The translations under genes and the position numbers were made by a program. A DNA stretch of 49,271 bases, from the NCBI GenBank assembly GCA_964607805.1, contig CAZSLF010000005.1:1-49271 (forward strand), read 5' to 3'. Below the pieces are notes generated by a model. That model ran no database searches. It was not told where the DNA came from and saw only the letters and a list, made by a program, of their open reading frames with translations. Positions 19,136 through 27,863 of this stretch are shown here, in pieces. The DNA comes from an uncultured Candidatus Saccharibacteria bacterium. GTDB lineage: Bacteria; Patescibacteriota; Minisyncoccia; Phycocordibacterales; CAIZLB01. The stretch's first letter is position 1. Every line of letters starts with the position of its first letter.

Positions 19136-21427
19136 ATGAAAGAATTATCAAAAATTATATCAAAGATTTTAGGCGTGGCTTTGCCACTTATTAGTATATT
19201 AGCTGTTATAACGCCATTTATCATGGTTGAATCGCTTTTCTTCCCGTTTATCACTGGAAAGGCGTTTTACTTCAGAATATTAGTAGAGGTAATGGCTTTA
19301 CTATATATAATCTATTTATTTGTAGATAAAACAGTTAGACCAAGGTTAAGTCCAGTGGCTATTGCAGTATCAATATTTACAGTTGTGCTAGGGATCGCAA
19401 CAATTTTCGCAGAAGATCCTCTAAAGAGCTTCTGGAGTAATTATGAGCGAATGGAAGGATTCGTTTTATTCATTCACCTTTTTGCTTATTTCTTTATTAC
19501 TGGTGCTGTTATGAAATTGAGAGAAGGTTGGTGGAAATGGTTTTTCATCTCTTCACTTGTTATGAGTGTAATTGTAGGTTCGCAAGCTTTGATCGAATTT
19601 CACTCTGATCCAAACAATACAGGGTATAGAATTTTCGGGCACTTAGGTAACTCGAGTTATCTGGGTATATATTCTTTGATGCATTTCTTTATTGCGCTTT
19701 TCCTAATCATCCAAAAAGTTGCCAAGAAATCTGCAGATGCCTTAAGTCACGAAGGTGCATGGGTATCAATTTCTTTCTACACTCTTATTGCAATATTCAA
19801 TATTGTAATCATGTTCAATACAGGAACACGAGGATCTTTCGTTGGTCTTGTTGGTGGTGTGTTCGTGGCGGCATTGCTCATCGCTTTCTTCGAAGGTAAG
19901 AATAAAGTTCTACGAACGACTGGTATTGCATTGATTGTTGTTTCAGTTTTGTTTGTATTAAGTCTTGGTTTGGGTCGCAACACTAGTTTTGTTAAGAACT
20001 CAGATATGTTGACTCGATTTTCTGAATTGGTAACTCTAGATGTTAAAGGTGTATTAGGTAATCAGGGTAAAGCTAGAAGTTTGTTGTGGGGTATTGCATG
20101 GAATGGATTCCAAGACAGACCAATTGTCGGATGGGGACTTGATAACTTCCATTATGTATTTGCGGAACACTATACACCTGAGATGGCAAATCAGGAGCAA
20201 TGGTTTGATCGAAGTCACAACGTATTCACAGACTGGCTAACACAAGCTGGAGCTTTGGGTCTAATTTCATATCTATCACTCTTCGGGGCTGCACTATATA
20301 TAGTATGGCGTCGAAAGGAGGACGGCATGAGTTATTCTGAAAAAGCGGTAATCACTGGAGGTTTTGCAGCATACCTTGGACATAACCTATTCGTATTCGA
20401 TAACCTATCTAGTTACGTTATATTCTTCTCAGTTCTTGCTTTCTTGCACCAATATACAATTCATAAAAAAGTTGAAGGTGCATACGATGAAAAAAGTAGA
20501 TATCAAACTAGCGGTGGAGCAGTGTTCACAGCTGTTGCAATCATCTCAGTGGCAGGTTTTGTCTATATTATGTATATGACAAATCTAAAACCACTTTTTG
20601 CTAATACCACTTTGATATCATCTATGCGAGTTCAGATTCCTGATGCAAAAACAAAACAGGTTTTAACTGTGCCTATAAAAGAAAGGTTTGAGAATTTGCA
20701 GAAGTCCATTGCCTACAATTCAATGACCAATTCTGAGCAACATGAACAATTAAATGATAGAGGTGTAGAATTACTGGCATCAAATCTAACGCCCGAAGAA
20801 AAAGAAAAGTATCATGCATATATTGTGGAGAAGTATGAAAGTGCAATCAAAAGAACTCCAAATGATCCTCGAATACTTTTCTTCTACGCTTTGTACTTAT
20901 CGCGACTAGATATGACTAAAGAGGCTCAGGTTATTGCAAATAAGATGCTTGAGCTTTCTCCTGAAAAGCCTACGTTCATAACTTTTGTAGCAATCAATGA
21001 ATTAAAATTAGGTAATAAAGAAAAGTTCAATGAACTAGCTAAGAAAGCATACACACTTAATCCTCTTGATGAACAAGCATATGCACTAAATATTATGGGA
21101 TTAATCCAGTCAGGTAATCCTGCCGAGGCAGAGGCACTAGCTTCTACAACTGCAGCAAGATCTAAATATCTTATAAACTGGTCAATCGTAAATACTTACC
21201 TAGATAGCAATATGAGTGGACGTGTTATATCACTGCTTCGAAATCAAATTACTGCAGATCCATATACACTTGATCTTCGATCTTCACTTGCAAGTGTCTA
21301 TGTGAAAATGGGAAATCCACAAGCTGGTATTAAGGAATTGCAGGAAATTGCAAAGATTGCACCTCAATACAAGACTAATATTGATCAGGCCATCGCTCAA
21401 ATCAAAGCAGAAGCAGGAATTAAGTAA
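19136..21427 (+). CDS. O-antigen ligase/O-oligosaccharyltransferase-family membrane protein with C-terminal TPR repeats
   Basis: Multiple TM helices, TGTRGS, R..LW..AW.GF.DRPIVGWG..NF, FDRSHN...D.L...G..G (Wzy_C/WaaL motif), then a TPR-like helical tail. Confidence 0.85.
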   Translation: MKELSKIISKILGVALPLISILAVITPFIMVESLFFPFITGKAFYFRILVEVMALLYIIYLFVDKTVRPRLSPVAIAVSIFTVVLGIATIFAEDPLKSFWSNYERMEGFVLFIHLFAYFFITGAVMKLREGWWKWFFISSLVMSVIVGSQALIEFHSDPNNTGYRIFGHLGNSSYLGIYSLMHFFIALFLIIQKVAKKSADALSHEGAWVSISFYTLIAIFNIVIMFNTGTRGSFVGLVGGVFVAALLIAFFEGKNKVLRTTGIALIVVSVLFVLSLGLGRNTSFVKNSDMLTRFSELVTLDVKGVLGNQGKARSLLWGIAWNGFQDRPIVGWGLDNFHYVFAEHYTPEMANQEQWFDRSHNVFTDWLTQAGALGLISYLSLFGAALYIVWRRKEDGMSYSEKAVITGGFAAYLGHNLFVFDNLSSYVIFFSVLAFLHQYTIHKKVEGAYDEKSRYQTSGGAVFTAVAIISVAGFVYIMYMTNLKPLFANTTLISSMRVQIPDAKTKQVLTVPIKERFENLQKSIAYNSMTNSEQHEQLNDRGVELLASNLTPEEKEKYHAYIVEKYESAIKRTPNDPRILFFYALYLSRLDMTKEAQVIANKMLELSPEKPTFITFVAINELKLGNKEKFNELAKKAYTLNPLDEQAYALNIMGLIQSGNPAEAEALASTTAARSKYLINWSIVNTYLDSNMSGRVISLLRNQITADPYTLDLRSSLASVYVKMGNPQAGIKELQEIAKIAPQYKTNIDQAIAQIKAEAGIK

Positions 21428-21539
21428 AGAAGGGAATTACTTAACAAGTTAAGTAAAATAGATAAATTGCGCTATAGACAAAAAATAATTTAGAAAAAAT
21501 AAAAATAAAAAAGTTTTTTCGAAAAATATTTTTTAAAAG

Positions 21540-21548
21540 TTATCCACA
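21540..21548 (+). promoter_or_regulatory. Perfect DnaA-box consensus
   Basis: TTATCCACA in an AT-rich intergenic tract. Single copy only. Confidence 0.4.
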
Positions 21549-21667
21549 ATATTTTGAAAAAAAATATTGTAATGAAGTGAAGAGTGAACGATAATTAACT
21601 TACATTTACATATGCATCGTCGGCACTTGTAAATTATAATAAATAAGAGCTCTTTAATTTAACTCAC

Positions 21668-21754
21668 ATGGCTAAAGCAAAAAAAGCAAAGAAGGCAAAG
21701 AAAGTTGCAAAGAAAAAGGCAACTAAGAAGAAGGCAAAGAAGTCTCGAGCGTAA
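21668..21754 (+). CDS. 28-aa Lys/Ala-rich basic micropeptide (histone H1/Hc1-tail-like)
   Basis: ATG...TAA encodes MAKAKKAKKAKKVAKKKATKKKAKKSRA. TATAAT at 21635-21640 upstream, terminator downstream. Below the ORF-track size cutoff. Confidence 0.75.
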   Translation: MAKAKKAKKAKKVAKKKATKKKAKKSRA

Positions 21755-21794
21755 TCTCGAAATTTCCAAGCAGTCTAATTTAAAACTTCGACTC

Positions 21795-21826
21795 GCAAAA
21801 ATCCCCACACCACTGGGGATTTTTGC
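21795..21826. terminator. Bidirectional-type intrinsic terminator
   Basis: GCAAAAATCCCCA-CACCAC-TGGGGATTTTTGC (13 bp perfect). Confidence 0.85.
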
Positions 21827-21945
21827 ATGGTTTAATTTTGTACAACTTTATAAATTATTTTGGTGTTTTTAGCTTTTGATATGCTATGTGTTGCGACATA
21901 TCAGCAGGCTTCCACTTTTCCGGAAAAATGGTAAAGTGTATGCCT

Positions 21946-24693
21946 ATGAACATGCTTTCATCTATTTTCCCATCTCGGTCAGAAAGGGTCGTAAAATCCT
22001 ATCGAAAAACAGTCGATGCTGTTAATAATTTAGAGCCTGAAATTAAGGCTCTAAGTGATATTGAGTTAAGGGCTAGAAGTTTGGCTCTAAAGGATAAAAT
22101 TCAGAGCGCTCAAGCTGATAGTTCTGAAGGAGCGAAACCAGGGCAAGCCGATAAAGCCGTAGAGGCAAAATCTTTAGATACATATATACCAGAAGCTTTT
22201 GCTCTAGTTCGGGAAGCATCAAGACGAACACTTGGACAAAGACATTACGATGTTCAGTTAATAGGAGGAATGGTAATTCACAGTGGATCAATTGCCGAGA
22301 TGAAAACTGGAGAAGGTAAAACTCTTATGGCCACTTTGGCTGCGTATTTAAATGCATTGTCAGGAAAAGGTGTACATATAATTACTGTAAACGATTATCT
22401 ATCTCGTCGAGATGCTGTTTGGATGGGACAGATTTACCATATGCTTGGTTTGTCTATTGCAGTTGTGAACGCTGATTCATCTTTTATATATGATCCTGCG
22501 CATATAACTCCTGATCCAGGACAAACTCAAGAACAAGCAGAAAAAGAAGTTGATAAAGCAGAAGATGAAACAGGCGCTTTCAAAGTTCAATATGAATACC
22601 TAAGACCAGTTACAAGACGTGAAGCATATGCAGCAGATATTACTTATGGAACTAATAGTGAATTTGGTTTTGATTATTTGAGAGATAATCTTGAGCGAAC
22701 ACCAGGAGGACTTCGTCAGAGAGGTTTTAATTTCGTAATTGTGGATGAAGTAGACTCAATTTTGATTGATGAAGCCCGTACACCACTTATTATTTCAGCT
22801 GCATCGGGAGATTCAGGAAGTCTATATGTAACTTTTGCTCAGATTGTTAAGGGTATGGAAGAGGAGGTTCATTTTACAAAAAATGAAAAATATAAAAGCA
22901 TAGCAGTAACAGATGCTGGAATTGATTATGCTGAGCAAGCACTTGGAATTTCTAATATTTATTCAGAGGGAGGAATTAAGTATGTTCATCATCTTGAGAA
23001 CGCAATTCGTGCCCAAGCCATATATAAGAACGAAATCGACTATATCGTAAAGGAAGGCGAAATTTTAATTGTTGATCCTGCGACGGGTCGTGTTAAGGGT
23101 GGACACCGATGGAGTGAAGGTCTGCACCAAGCAATCGAAGCTAAAGAAGGTGTTAAAATTCAGCAAGAATCTAGAACGCAGGCTTCTATTACATTTCAAA
23201 ATTATTTTAAACTATATCCAAAACTTTCGGGTATGACAGGAACAGGACAAACAAGTTCTGAGGAGTTTATTAAAGTGTACGATGTTGAAGTTATTTCAGT
23301 TCCGACTCATAGACCTGTGGCACGAGCGGACAAAGCTGATTTGATCTTCAAAACAGAAGCCGGAAAATTTCAGGCTGTAACAAATAGAATTAAAGAATTG
23401 CATGAAAAAGGTCAGCCTGTTCTAGTTGGTACAGTTTCAATTGAGAAAAGTCAGGAATTAGGAATCTTGCTTAAGAAAGCAGGTGTTCCGCACTTGCTAC
23501 TAAACGCTAAACCAGAATTTGCTGAAAGAGAAGGAGAGACGATTGCGCAGGCAGGTAAGCGTGGTGCTGTAACTATTGCCACAAACATGGCGGGCCGAGG
23601 TGTTGATATTAAGCTCGGAGGCGCACCAAGTACTCCTGAAAGTTATGAAGAGATTAAAAATCTTGGAGGTTTATATGTAATTGGTACAGAAAGACATGAA
23701 GCGCGACGAATTGATAATCAGCTTCGAGGACGATCTGGACGACAAGGTGATCCAGGCGAAACACAATTTTATGTATCACTTGAAGATTACCTTATGCGCA
23801 ATTTCGCCGGCAATGATTTCGTAAAGAAAATGATGGATAAAATGAAAATTCCAGACGATATGCCAATTGAGACAAGTATGGTTTCAAGAAGTCTTGAAAA
23901 TGCTCAAACAAAAATTGAAGGCTGGTATTTTGATTCACGAAAGCAAGTTTTCGAATTCGACAATGTTCTAAACCAACAAAGACTAAAAGTTTATAGTGAT
24001 CGTAGAAAAGTTTTAATTGGTGAAGAAGCCGATCTTGAAACTTTCTACAATTCTCTTGTCGATTTCGGAGACGACGAAGATAAAGAAGCTTTAAAAACAA
24101 AGCGAGAAGAGATTGAAAAGGGTAGTGGTGGTGTCAGTGGAGGTGCAAGTGGAAGTGCCAGTCCTAGCACTAGTGTAAGCATGAGCGCGTTTTTATCTAT
24201 TTTTAGAAATGTAATGCTACAAGCAATCGACACTTTCTGGATTGAACATCTAGAAACTATGGATCATCTACGAGGCAGTGTAAATTTGCGAGCATATGGC
24301 CAGCACGATCCTCTTGTGGAATATAAGAGAGAGGGGCATACACTCTTTAAGCAAATGGACGCAGCTATCAAAGCTCAAACTTTGCAAGTATTAAAATCTC
24401 TTACACTTGAAGTTGGAAAAGATATAAGTTTTGAACAACAAGTTGGCGATGAATCTAAGCTTGTTTTAAGCGGGCCTCAAAGTGGAGTTGCTGGATTAAG
24501 TGGGTTGGCTTCACCTTTGGGTTCAGGTGGTCAGGTAGGTTCTCTCGACGTTCGATCTATTGATCCAACTTTAGGCTCAGATTTAGTGAAGACCTCTACT
24601 GTTGTAAGTGGTCAGGATAAAGTAGGCAGAAATGACCCTTGTCCTTGTGGATCTGGAAAGAAATATAAGAAGTGTCACGGCCAAAACGCTTAA
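21946..24693 (+). CDS. secA: Preprotein translocase ATPase SecA
   Basis: EMKTGEGKT, DEVDSILIDEARTP, TNMAGRG.DI, RRIDNQLRGRSGRQGDPG and the C-terminal GRNDPCPCGSGKKYKKCH zinc site. Start placed 8 nt after TG-G-TAAAGT (21952 is an alternative). Confidence 0.97.
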   Translation: MNMLSSIFPSRSERVVKSYRKTVDAVNNLEPEIKALSDIELRARSLALKDKIQSAQADSSEGAKPGQADKAVEAKSLDTYIPEAFALVREASRRTLGQRHYDVQLIGGMVIHSGSIAEMKTGEGKTLMATLAAYLNALSGKGVHIITVNDYLSRRDAVWMGQIYHMLGLSIAVVNADSSFIYDPAHITPDPGQTQEQAEKEVDKAEDETGAFKVQYEYLRPVTRREAYAADITYGTNSEFGFDYLRDNLERTPGGLRQRGFNFVIVDEVDSILIDEARTPLIISAASGDSGSLYVTFAQIVKGMEEEVHFTKNEKYKSIAVTDAGIDYAEQALGISNIYSEGGIKYVHHLENAIRAQAIYKNEIDYIVKEGEILIVDPATGRVKGGHRWSEGLHQAIEAKEGVKIQQESRTQASITFQNYFKLYPKLSGMTGTGQTSSEEFIKVYDVEVISVPTHRPVARADKADLIFKTEAGKFQAVTNRIKELHEKGQPVLVGTVSIEKSQELGILLKKAGVPHLLLNAKPEFAEREGETIAQAGKRGAVTIATNMAGRGVDIKLGGAPSTPESYEEIKNLGGLYVIGTERHEARRIDNQLRGRSGRQGDPGETQFYVSLEDYLMRNFAGNDFVKKMMDKMKIPDDMPIETSMVSRSLENAQTKIEGWYFDSRKQVFEFDNVLNQQRLKVYSDRRKVLIGEEADLETFYNSLVDFGDDEDKEALKTKREEIEKGSGGVSGGASGSASPSTSVSMSAFLSIFRNVMLQAIDTFWIEHLETMDHLRGSVNLRAYGQHDPLVEYKREGHTLFKQMDAAIKAQTLQVLKSLTLEVGKDISFEQQVGDESKLVLSGPQSGVAGLSGLASPLGSGGQVGSLDVRSIDPTLGSDLVKTSTVVSGQDKVGRNDPCPCGSGKKYKKCHGQNA

Positions 24694-24750
24694 TTTGCAC
24701 GTAAGTTCGAGCAATATACACAATTTGTATTAGTGGGCTATAATATCGAT

Positions 24751-25836
24751 ATGACATCTAAATCAGGAACTGAGAAGCAACAAGCAATATTTTCAGCTGT
24801 AATTTTTACAGTAATTGCAATTTTAGCACTAATGGTTTTTTGGCCATTTTTAAATGTACTCGCTCTATCAATAATAATGGCGGTACTTTTAACTCCACTT
24901 TACAATCGTATTCGACGTAGAGTGAAATTTGAAAGTTTATCTGCAGCATTAACAATTTTGTTTCTATTAATAGTGATTATTGTTCCTATTGCATTTATCA
25001 TCAATAATATAATTACAGAAGCACAATCTCTGTATTCAAATGTTAGCAATACTTCAAATATTTCATCAGATCAATTAACTGCTTGGATTGAAGGAAAAGT
25101 TCAGGTTTATATCCCTGAGTTTACTGTAGATGCAAGAGGATATTTAGCAGCCTTTTCATCTTGGGTAGTTTCTAAATTAGGTGGAATATTCTCAGGTACT
25201 TTGGACTTCGCATTTAAGTTAGCTCTTTCTTTTATCGCACTCTTTTATTTCTTGAAAGATGGAGATAAGCTACGAAAACATTTGATTGCACTTTCACCTT
25301 GGAGTGATGAAAGAGATGAAATAGTTTTAGGTTCAATCAGAACTGCAATTCGATCAGTTGTTGCCGGATCACTAACCGTTGCCTTAGTTCAAGGGTTTTT
25401 GGTAGGAGTTAGTTTTCTAATTTCAGGTGTTCCAAATCCAACTTTATGGGGAACTTTAGCTGCAGTCAGTGCCCTTGTTCCCGGTGTTGGTACGGCAATA
25501 GTTATGATTCCTGCAATTATCTTTTTATTTGTTGTAGATCCTTCAGGATGGGAATGGATTTTCCAGCTCGCATGGGCAATTGGAATCGTAGGTCTTGTTG
25601 ATAATTTCTTGGGCCCTGTAATTATGCAAAAGGGAATTCATATTCATCCACTATTAATTCTATTCTCAGTTTTGGGAGGAATACAATTCTTTGGCCCAGA
25701 AGGTTTCTTGCTAGGTCCACTTGTCCTTAGTTTATTATTTGTACTAGTTAGAACTTTAAAGGGTGATGTTCACTTGGTTGCTGCAGCAGGAGCAGGCGAT
25801 GGCGATTCAGTCAATAATTCAGGCAGCGACAAATAG
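24751..25836 (+). CDS. AI-2E family transporter
   Basis: About 8 TM helices; P.VGTA, VDNFLGP, IHPLLILFSVLGGIQFFG..GFLLGP. ATG 6 nt after TATAAT. Confidence 0.9.
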   Translation: MTSKSGTEKQQAIFSAVIFTVIAILALMVFWPFLNVLALSIIMAVLLTPLYNRIRRRVKFESLSAALTILFLLIVIIVPIAFIINNIITEAQSLYSNVSNTSNISSDQLTAWIEGKVQVYIPEFTVDARGYLAAFSSWVVSKLGGIFSGTLDFAFKLALSFIALFYFLKDGDKLRKHLIALSPWSDERDEIVLGSIRTAIRSVVAGSLTVALVQGFLVGVSFLISGVPNPTLWGTLAAVSALVPGVGTAIVMIPAIIFLFVVDPSGWEWIFQLAWAIGIVGLVDNFLGPVIMQKGIHIHPLLILFSVLGGIQFFGPEGFLLGPLVLSLLFVLVRTLKGDVHLVAAAGAGDGDSVNNSGSDK

Positions 25837-25837
25837 T

Positions 25838-26818
25838 ATGAAGACTATTGTTACCCATGGAGCGAATTTTCATGCAGATGATATTTTTGCTGTTGCTACG
25901 CTTTTAACTCTTTTGGAAAATGGAAAAGGCAGCGGCGAAAAAATTAAGGTAGTTAGAACACTCGAACCTGAAAAATTTCCTCAGGCGGATTTTATCGTGG
26001 ATACTGGACGTATTTATGATACGAAGAAAAATCGTTTTGATCATCATCAGGAGGGCGGAGCTGGTGTGCGTCCTAGTGGTGTGTCATATGCTGCGTTTGG
26101 TTTGGTATGGAAAAAATTTGGTAAGGAATTAGCAGGATCACAATTTGCGGCAGATTGGATAGATCGGCACATTGTACAAGGGTTAGATGCTATGGATACT
26201 GGTTTGTATTTATACGAGCCGGTAATCGAAGATGTGCACCCATTTTTATTTATTGAATATTTTAAGTCTGCTTGTGATGTGGTGAAAGGAGATTTGCCAG
26301 AGGAGGATGCTAACGGCGCTAAAGAAGGAAAGGAAGCGAAAAAAACCTCACAACTCGCGAAAAAATTCGATAAAGAATTCATGAGACTTGTGAATGTGGC
26401 CAAGGATGTATTGAGGGTATACATTATCAAATCAAAACAAGGAGAAAAAATTGCAAAGGATGCTAAGAAAGCATATGCAAAGTCAAAGGATAAAAGAGTA
26501 ATTGTTTCGGATAAATTTATTCCAACACGCTTCGATGAATTTAAAGCGCCGGAATATATTGAGCCTCTTGTTTTTGTATATCCAGATTTGCGTGGTGGTT
26601 GGTCTGCGAAAGTAGTTCCAAAAAATAGTCAAAGCTATGATTCGCGTATGAGTTTTCCAAAAAACTGGCGAGGTAAAAGTGGTGCCGAATTGGCAAAGTT
26701 AACAGGTGTTGTAGATGCAAAGTTCTGCCATAACGGTGGCTTTTTGGCTGTTGCAGATAGTAAAGAAGGTGCAATAGCCCTTGTATACAAAGCTATAGAA
26801 GTACTAAAGATTAAATAA
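25838..26818 (+). CDS. MYG1 family exonuclease (DHH-like)
   Basis: THGANFHADD, D.G..YD....FDHHQ, FCHNGGF. Start is 1 nt after the upstream stop. Confidence 0.9.
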   Translation: MKTIVTHGANFHADDIFAVATLLTLLENGKGSGEKIKVVRTLEPEKFPQADFIVDTGRIYDTKKNRFDHHQEGGAGVRPSGVSYAAFGLVWKKFGKELAGSQFAADWIDRHIVQGLDAMDTGLYLYEPVIEDVHPFLFIEYFKSACDVVKGDLPEEDANGAKEGKEAKKTSQLAKKFDKEFMRLVNVAKDVLRVYIIKSKQGEKIAKDAKKAYAKSKDKRVIVSDKFIPTRFDEFKAPEYIEPLVFVYPDLRGGWSAKVVPKNSQSYDSRMSFPKNWRGKSGAELAKLTGVVDAKFCHNGGFLAVADSKEGAIALVYKAIEVLKIK

Positions 26819-26840
26819 AATCTGTGGTACACTCGGGAAT

Positions 26841-27842
26841 ATGGCATTTATAGACGAACTAGATTTGGAATTAAAAGCAGGTAAAGGAGGCGACGGTGTT
26901 GTTCGCTGGATTCATGAGAAATTCAAGGAATTCGGTGGTCCTGGAGGAGGCGACGGAGGCCGTGGAGGCTCTATTTACGCTAAAGCTGTGAAAGATTCAT
27001 GGCTTCTTGCGCATTATCGGCATACAAAGGAATTTAAAGCTGAGGACGGTCAGCCTGGAGGAAATATGGTTAAGAAGGGTGCGACCGGCGATGATTTATT
27101 TATCAATTTTCCAGTTGGCTCAATAATTACAAATATTGATACTGGTGAGGTTTACCGACTAGACGAGCCTGATCAAACTATTCTTTTAGTTAAAGGTGGA
27201 AACGGTGGTCTGGGAAATGACCACTTCAAAGGTTCGACAAATCAGCAACCAAAACAATCAACTGACGGAAAACCAGGTGAGACTGGAAATTTTCATATTG
27301 AAGTAGAGTTGATTGCTGACGCCGGTTTAATTGGTTTACCAAACGCTGGTAAGTCTTCACTTTTGAACGCTCTAACGAATGCAAATGTAAAAGTTGGTAG
27401 TTATCAATTCACAACCCTTGAACCGAACCTCGGAGATTTATATGGAATTATTCTTGCGGATATTCCAGGTCTTATCGAAGGGGCATCGGAAGGAAAAGGA
27501 TTGGGTCATAAATTTTTGAAGCATATTCGTCGAACAAAAGTTTTATTGCATTGTATTTCTTGTGAACAATCGGTTGAGGAAATGGTTCAAGTTTACAACA
27601 CCGTTCGCAATGAATTAATTTCATATGATCCCGAACTTCCCACAAAGCGCGAAGTTATTTTGGTCACAAAGGTGGATATGCTAGACCCTTCGGAAAGTGC
27701 AGAGGATCGGGCGGAGGCACTTAAGAAGGCTTTAGGACGAACAAACGACAAAGACCTTGAAATGCTTACAGTCACAATACTCGATGATGCTTCTGTTAAG
27801 GCATTATCTGAAAAATTGACAACTATGCTTGGTGGCAAGTAA
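26841..27842 (+). CDS. obgE: GTPase ObgE (lacks the C-terminal extension)
   Basis: AG.GGDG, GGDGG.GG, GLPNAGKS, FTTLEPNLG, DIPGLIEGA.EG.GLG..FL.HI, TKVD. Confidence 0.96.
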   Translation: MAFIDELDLELKAGKGGDGVVRWIHEKFKEFGGPGGGDGGRGGSIYAKAVKDSWLLAHYRHTKEFKAEDGQPGGNMVKKGATGDDLFINFPVGSIITNIDTGEVYRLDEPDQTILLVKGGNGGLGNDHFKGSTNQQPKQSTDGKPGETGNFHIEVELIADAGLIGLPNAGKSSLLNALTNANVKVGSYQFTTLEPNLGDLYGIILADIPGLIEGASEGKGLGHKFLKHIRRTKVLLHCISCEQSVEEMVQVYNTVRNELISYDPELPTKREVILVTKVDMLDPSESAEDRAEALKKALGRTNDKDLEMLTVTILDDASVKALSEKLTTMLGGK

Positions 27843-27863
27843 TCTATAAAGACCATTATCCAA

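Noticed and set aside
21437-21600. oriC call for the AT-rich region with the DnaA box
   Set aside because: Only one box, no dnaA or dnaN nearby and no change in gene orientation at this point.
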